A DNA stretch of 63,729 bases, filler included, from Chiloscyllium plagiosum (Eukaryota), in NCBI RefSeq assembly GCF_004010195.1. It is 5 parts of one record of this genome, joined end to end, with 100 filler letters (N's around TTAATTAATTAA, not from the genome) between each part and the next. Parts side by side here need not be neighbours in the genome. Positions count along the whole stretch, not along the records: positions 47,276 to 62,372 come from NC_057717.1; positions 62,473 to 63,729 come from NC_057717.1; 3 more parts are not named here. One strand, written 5' to 3'. Both the position numbers and the translations under genes were made by a program. Numbering within the stretch: position 1 is the stretch's first letter; the number at the start of each line of letters is the position of its first letter. Of this stretch, positions 59,201-63,729 are shown in pieces. The notes below the pieces were generated by a model. That model was not told where the DNA came from and did no database searches. It saw only the letters and a program-made list of their open reading frames with translations.

Positions 59201-62200
59201 TGATGGAGTGAGTGTGTGGGAGTCAGGGTTGCTGTGATGGAGTGAGTTGAGGGTGTCACTGTGACGGTGATAGAGTGACTGTGGGATTGTCAGTGTGATG
59301 GAGTTGCAGTGAGTTTGGGATTGTCAGGGTGACGGTGATGGTGTGAGTGTGAGGAACTCAGGGTGACGCTGATGGAGTGAGTGTGAGGGGATCAGGGTGA
59401 AGTTGATGGAGTGAGTGTGAGGGGGTCAGGGTGACAGTGATGGAATGAGTGTGAGGGCGTCAGTGTGACCGTGATGAAGTGAGTGTGAGGGAAGAGGATG
59501 GGATGATTGATTGAGCGTGTGGGAGTCAGGGTGACGGTGATGGAGTGAGTGTGGGATTGTCACTGTGATGGTGATCGAGTGAGTCTGAGGGGATCAGTGT
59601 GAAGGTGATGCAGTGAGTGTGAGGAGGTCAGGGTGGGGATGATGGAGTGAGTGTGAGGGGGTCAGTGTGACGGTGATGGAGTGAATATCATTCAGTCACC
59701 GTGACGGTGATGGAGTGAGTGTGAGGGGCTTTGAGTGATAGTGCTGGAGTGATTGTGAGGGGGTCAAGATGACGGTGATTGAGTGAGTGTGAGAAAGTCA
59801 TGGTGACGGTTATGGAGTGAGTGTGACTGGGTCAGGGTGTCTATGATGGAGTTAGTGTGAGTGCGTCAGGGTGACGATGGTGGAGTGAATGAGTGGTTCA
59901 GGGTGACTTTGTAGGATTGAGAGTGAGGTGATCAGTGTGACGGTGCTGGAGCGAGTGTGAGAACATCAGTATGACGGTGATGGTGTGAGTGTGATTGAGT
60001 CAGAGTGAGGGTGATGGAGTGAGTCCGCGGGTGTCAGATTGACTGTCATGGAGAGAGTGTGAGGGGGTCCGTTTTACGGTGATGGAGTGAGTGTGAGGGT
60101 GTCAGGGTAACGGTGATGGAGTGAGAGTGGGATTGTCAGTGTGATGGTGATGGAGTGAGTGTGAGACGGACAGGGTGACGGCGATGGAGTGAGTGTGTGG
60201 GAGTCAGGGTGACTGTGATAGAGTGAGTGTGAGGGAGTCAGGGTGACGGTGATGGAGTGAGTGTGGGATTGTCAGTGTGATGGTGATGCAATGAGTTTGG
60301 GATTGTTATTGTGACGGTGATGGAGTGAGTGTGAGGGAACCAGGGTGATGGTGATAGAGTGAGTGTGAGTGAGTTAGGGTGACGGCGATGGAGTGAGTGT
60401 GGGATTGTCACTGTGATGGTGATGGAGTGAGTATGAGGGGGTCAGGGTGACGGTGATGGAAAGAGTGTGTGGGAGTCATGTTGACAGTGATGGAGTGAGT
60501 GTGAGGGGTCAGGGTGACGTTGATGGAGTGAGTGTGGTATTGTCAGTGTGATGGTGATGGAGTGAGTGTGAGGGGGTCAGGGTGACGGTGATGGAGTGAG
60601 TGTGAGGGGGTCAGCGTGACAGTGATGGAGTGAGTGTGTGGGAGTCAGGGTGACGGTGATTGAGTGAGATTCAGGGAGTCAGGGTGACGGTGATGGAGTG
60701 AGTGTGGGATTGTCAGTGTGATGGTGAAGGAGTGAGTGTGAGGGGGTCAGGGTGATGGTGATTGAGTGAGTATGAGGGGGTGAGGGTAACCCTGATAGAC
60801 TGAGCGTGAGGGAGTCAGAGTGACGGTGATGGAGTGAGTGTGGGGTTGTCACTGTGATGGTGAAGGAGTGAGTGTGAGTGGGTCATGGTGACGGTGATGG
60901 AGTGAGCATGTGGGAGTCAGGGCGACAGTGATGGAGTGAGTTGAGGGGTTCAGGAGTGAGTGTGGGATTGTCAGTGTGATGGTGATGGAGTGAGGTTTGG
61001 ATTGACAGTGAGATAGTGATGGTTTGAGTGTGAGGGGTTCAGTGAGCGTTGCTGGAGTGAGTGTGAGGGGGTCAGGGTGACAGTAATGGAATGAGTGTGC
61101 GGGGGTCAGTGTGACTGTGATGTCGTGAATGTGAGGGGGAAAGGATGCGGATGATGGGGCGAGTGTTAGGGGGTCTGTGTGACGGTGATGGAGTGAGTGT
61201 GGGATTGTCAGTGTGATAGTGAAGGAGTGAGTGTGAGGGGGTCAGGATGATGGTGGTTGAGTGACTGTGAGAGGGTCATGGTGACAGTGATGGAGTGAGT
61301 TGAGGGGGTCAGGGTGACGGTGATGGAGTGAGTGTAGGATTGTCAGTGAGATGGTGATGGAGTGAGTATGAGGGAGTGAGGGTGACGTTGATAGAGTTAG
61401 CGTGAGGGAGTCAGGGTGACGGTGATGGAGTGAGGTGAGGGGTTCAGGGTGACGGTGATGGAGTGAGTGTGGGATTGTCAGTGTGATGGTGATGGAGTGA
61501 GTATGGGATTGTCACTGTGATGTTGATGGAGTGAGTGTGAGGGGATCATGGTGACGGTGATGGAGTGAGGGTGTGGGAGTCAGGGTGAAAGTGATGGAGT
61601 GCGTTGCGGGGGTCAGGGTGACGGTGATGCAGCGAGTGTGCGATTATCAGTGTGATGGTGATCGAGTTTGTTTGGGATTGTCAGTTTGACGCTGATGGAG
61701 TGAGTGTGAGGGAGTCAGGGTGACATTGATGGAGTGAGTGTGATGGGATCAGTGTGAAGGTGATGGTGTGAGTGTGAGGGGGTCAGGGTGACGGTGTTTG
61801 AGTGAGTGAGTGGGAGTCAGGGTTGCAGTGATGGAGTGAGTTGAGGGGGTCACGGTGACGGTGATAGAGTGACTGTGGGATTGTCAGTGTTATGGAGATG
61901 CAGTGAGTTTGGGATTGTCAGTGTGACGGTGATGGTTTGAGTGTGACTGAGTCAGAGTGAGGGTGATGGGGTGAGTCCGAGGGTGTCAGATTGACGGTCA
62001 TGGAGAGAGTGTGAGGCGGTCAGTTTGAAGGTGATGGAGTGAGAGTCAGGAAGTCAGGTTGAAGGTGATGGAGTGAATGTGGGATTGTCACTGTGATTGT
62101 GATGGAGTGAGTGTGAGGGGATCAGTGTGACGGTGATTGAGTGAGTGTGTGGGAGTCATGGTGACAGTGATGGAGTGAGTTGAGGGGGTCAGGGTGACGG

Positions 62201-62372
62201 GTGATGGAGTGAGTGTGGGATTTCAGAGTGATGGTGATGGAGTGAGTATGAGGGGGTCAGGGTGACCGTGATGGAAAGTGAGTGTAGGAGTCATGGTGAC
62301 CGTGATGGAATGAGTGTGCGTGAGTCAGGGTGTCGGTGATAGAGTGAGTGTGAGGGGGTCAGGGTGACGGTG
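50213..62372. repeat. Large G/T-rich satellite, ~34-bp base unit with higher-order blocks, interrupted by gaps
   Basis: Unit GAGTGAGTGTGAGGGGGTCAGGGTGACGGTGATG, plus variants such as ..GTGGGATTGTCAGTGTGATGGTGATG. Confidence 0.97.
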
Positions 62373-62472
62373 NNNNNNNNNNNNNNNNNNNNNNNNNNNN
62401 NNNNNNNNNNNNNNNNTTAATTAATTAANNNNNNNNNNNNNNNNNNNNNNNNNNNNNNNNNNNNNNNNNNNN
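62373..62472. other. Artificial 100-bp spacer
   Basis: 44 N + TTAATTAATTAA + 44 N. Confidence 0.95.
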
Positions 62473-62620
62473 CCACACTCCTCTCATTTATCTCTCCACC
62501 CTTCAGGCACTCTGCCTCTATTCCTGATGAAGAGCTTTTACGTGAAACATCAATTTTCCTGCTCCTCGGATGTTGCCTGAACGGCTGTGTTTTTCCAGCA
62601 CCACTCTAATCCAGAATAAA
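62473..62620 (+). mobile_element. Penelope-derived terminal fragment with a degenerate hammerhead motif
   Basis: ATTCCTGATGAAGAGCTTTTACGTGAAACATC...; same family as 49600-49712 and 22940-23060. Confidence 0.6.
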
Positions 62621-63729
62621 ATTCAATGCAGTGAGATGGAAAATAGTTCCTTACATTCCAAAAAATGAGGTTACAGTATAAGCACAGATGTCAGTTGGAA
62701 GATTTGTTGGGTGATCCATATGTACCAAGGCTCTCCCCCTTGTGTTCACAGAAGGAAATGCCATCATTATTGACAAATTAACATGGGAACTCATTCTCAA
62801 ACTGTCTTTTATTCTCGCTGAACAGCAACCTACAAATTTTTTTCTGTTCAGAACCTACCTTTCTCTTGGTGATGAGAAATTATTCTCAAAAACTGCATTT
62901 CTCTTTTCAGTTTTTTACTCCAGAATCTTTTCAAACTTGATCAGTGATATCGCTCTTTTGGACTTCGAGTCAGAAGCAACTGGGACAGATATTGCTGACT
63001 TGCTCTGTCAGTGTTTCTACAGCAGCAGTGCTCACCAGGTCCTTTCAGCACACCTCAGCCTGACTTTCTCCAGCTTTTCCTTCTGTTTCTCACTTTGTGT
63101 TTCTTATTCCCAAAAGCCCCACTTGGCTCTCTCTTGTGTTTGCATAAACTTTTGACCTTTAATAACTTTTCATGGATTGAATGAATCAGCAGTAACTCTT
63201 TCAGGAATAAACTGGTTCCTGAGGTGAGAGGGACAAGGAGAAACTGACATAGAGGAATTAAACGTAACATGTTCATTAACCATCCTGGAAAGGAGATATT
63301 GAAACAACATGAACAAGCTGTTTCTTGGGAAGAGGAGTGTGACATTCAGCCCCTTGAACCTGTTCTGTCATTCGATGAGATCATGACTGATCAGTGGCCT
63401 CAATCCATCTATCTGCCTTTGACCATGTCCCTTTATGTTTTTGTTCAGCAATAATCAATTTCAGATTTAAAAATAACAACTGATTTACCACCAACTGCCA
63501 TATGTGGAAGTGAACACCTACCACACTGTGGATGTTGAAATGTTTCCAAACATTGCACCTGAACTGTCTGGCCCTAATTTTTCAATGATGCCTTTTTGTA
63601 TTACGTCTGAGAGGCTCCTCATGGTTTCAATGTGAACATGAGGTTTAAGAACAGAAATAGATTACTTCGCTTCTCAAACATGCAGATCCAATAACATTGA
63701 AAGGACATCCACCCTGACCAGGGACATTG

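Overview
Repeat-rich vertebrate genomic DNA, almost certainly from a shark (HE1/V-SINE-type SINEs, CR1 LINEs, Penelope-like fragments; bamboo shark is my guess). The window is not one contiguous locus. Four identical artificial 100-bp spacers (44 N + TTAATTAATTAA + 44 N) and two exactly-500-N gaps join separate pieces. Two host coding exons are recognisable: exon 1 of slc7a8/LAT2 (8059-8221, +; absent from the ORF track) and an apparently disabled first exon of a shark GPR139-like GPCR (36299-36515, +). The rest is retroelement debris, one young CR1 5' end with 110-bp UTR monomers and an open ORF1, and several minisatellites and satellites. The most interesting signals are: minimal hammerhead ribozyme motifs in small Penelope-derived elements (one complete, in a nested inverted insertion in slc7a8 intron 1); a hairpin in the CR1 monomer that pairs a splice donor with a U1-like sequence; a CCAAT-palindrome/G4 VNTR just inside slc7a8 intron 1; a duplicated CTCF-like site upstream of slc7a8; and a SINE-internal 52-bp VNTR. 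Most ORF-track entries are spurious. Repeat family names come from recall, not database searches, and the boundaries of decayed repeats are approximate.
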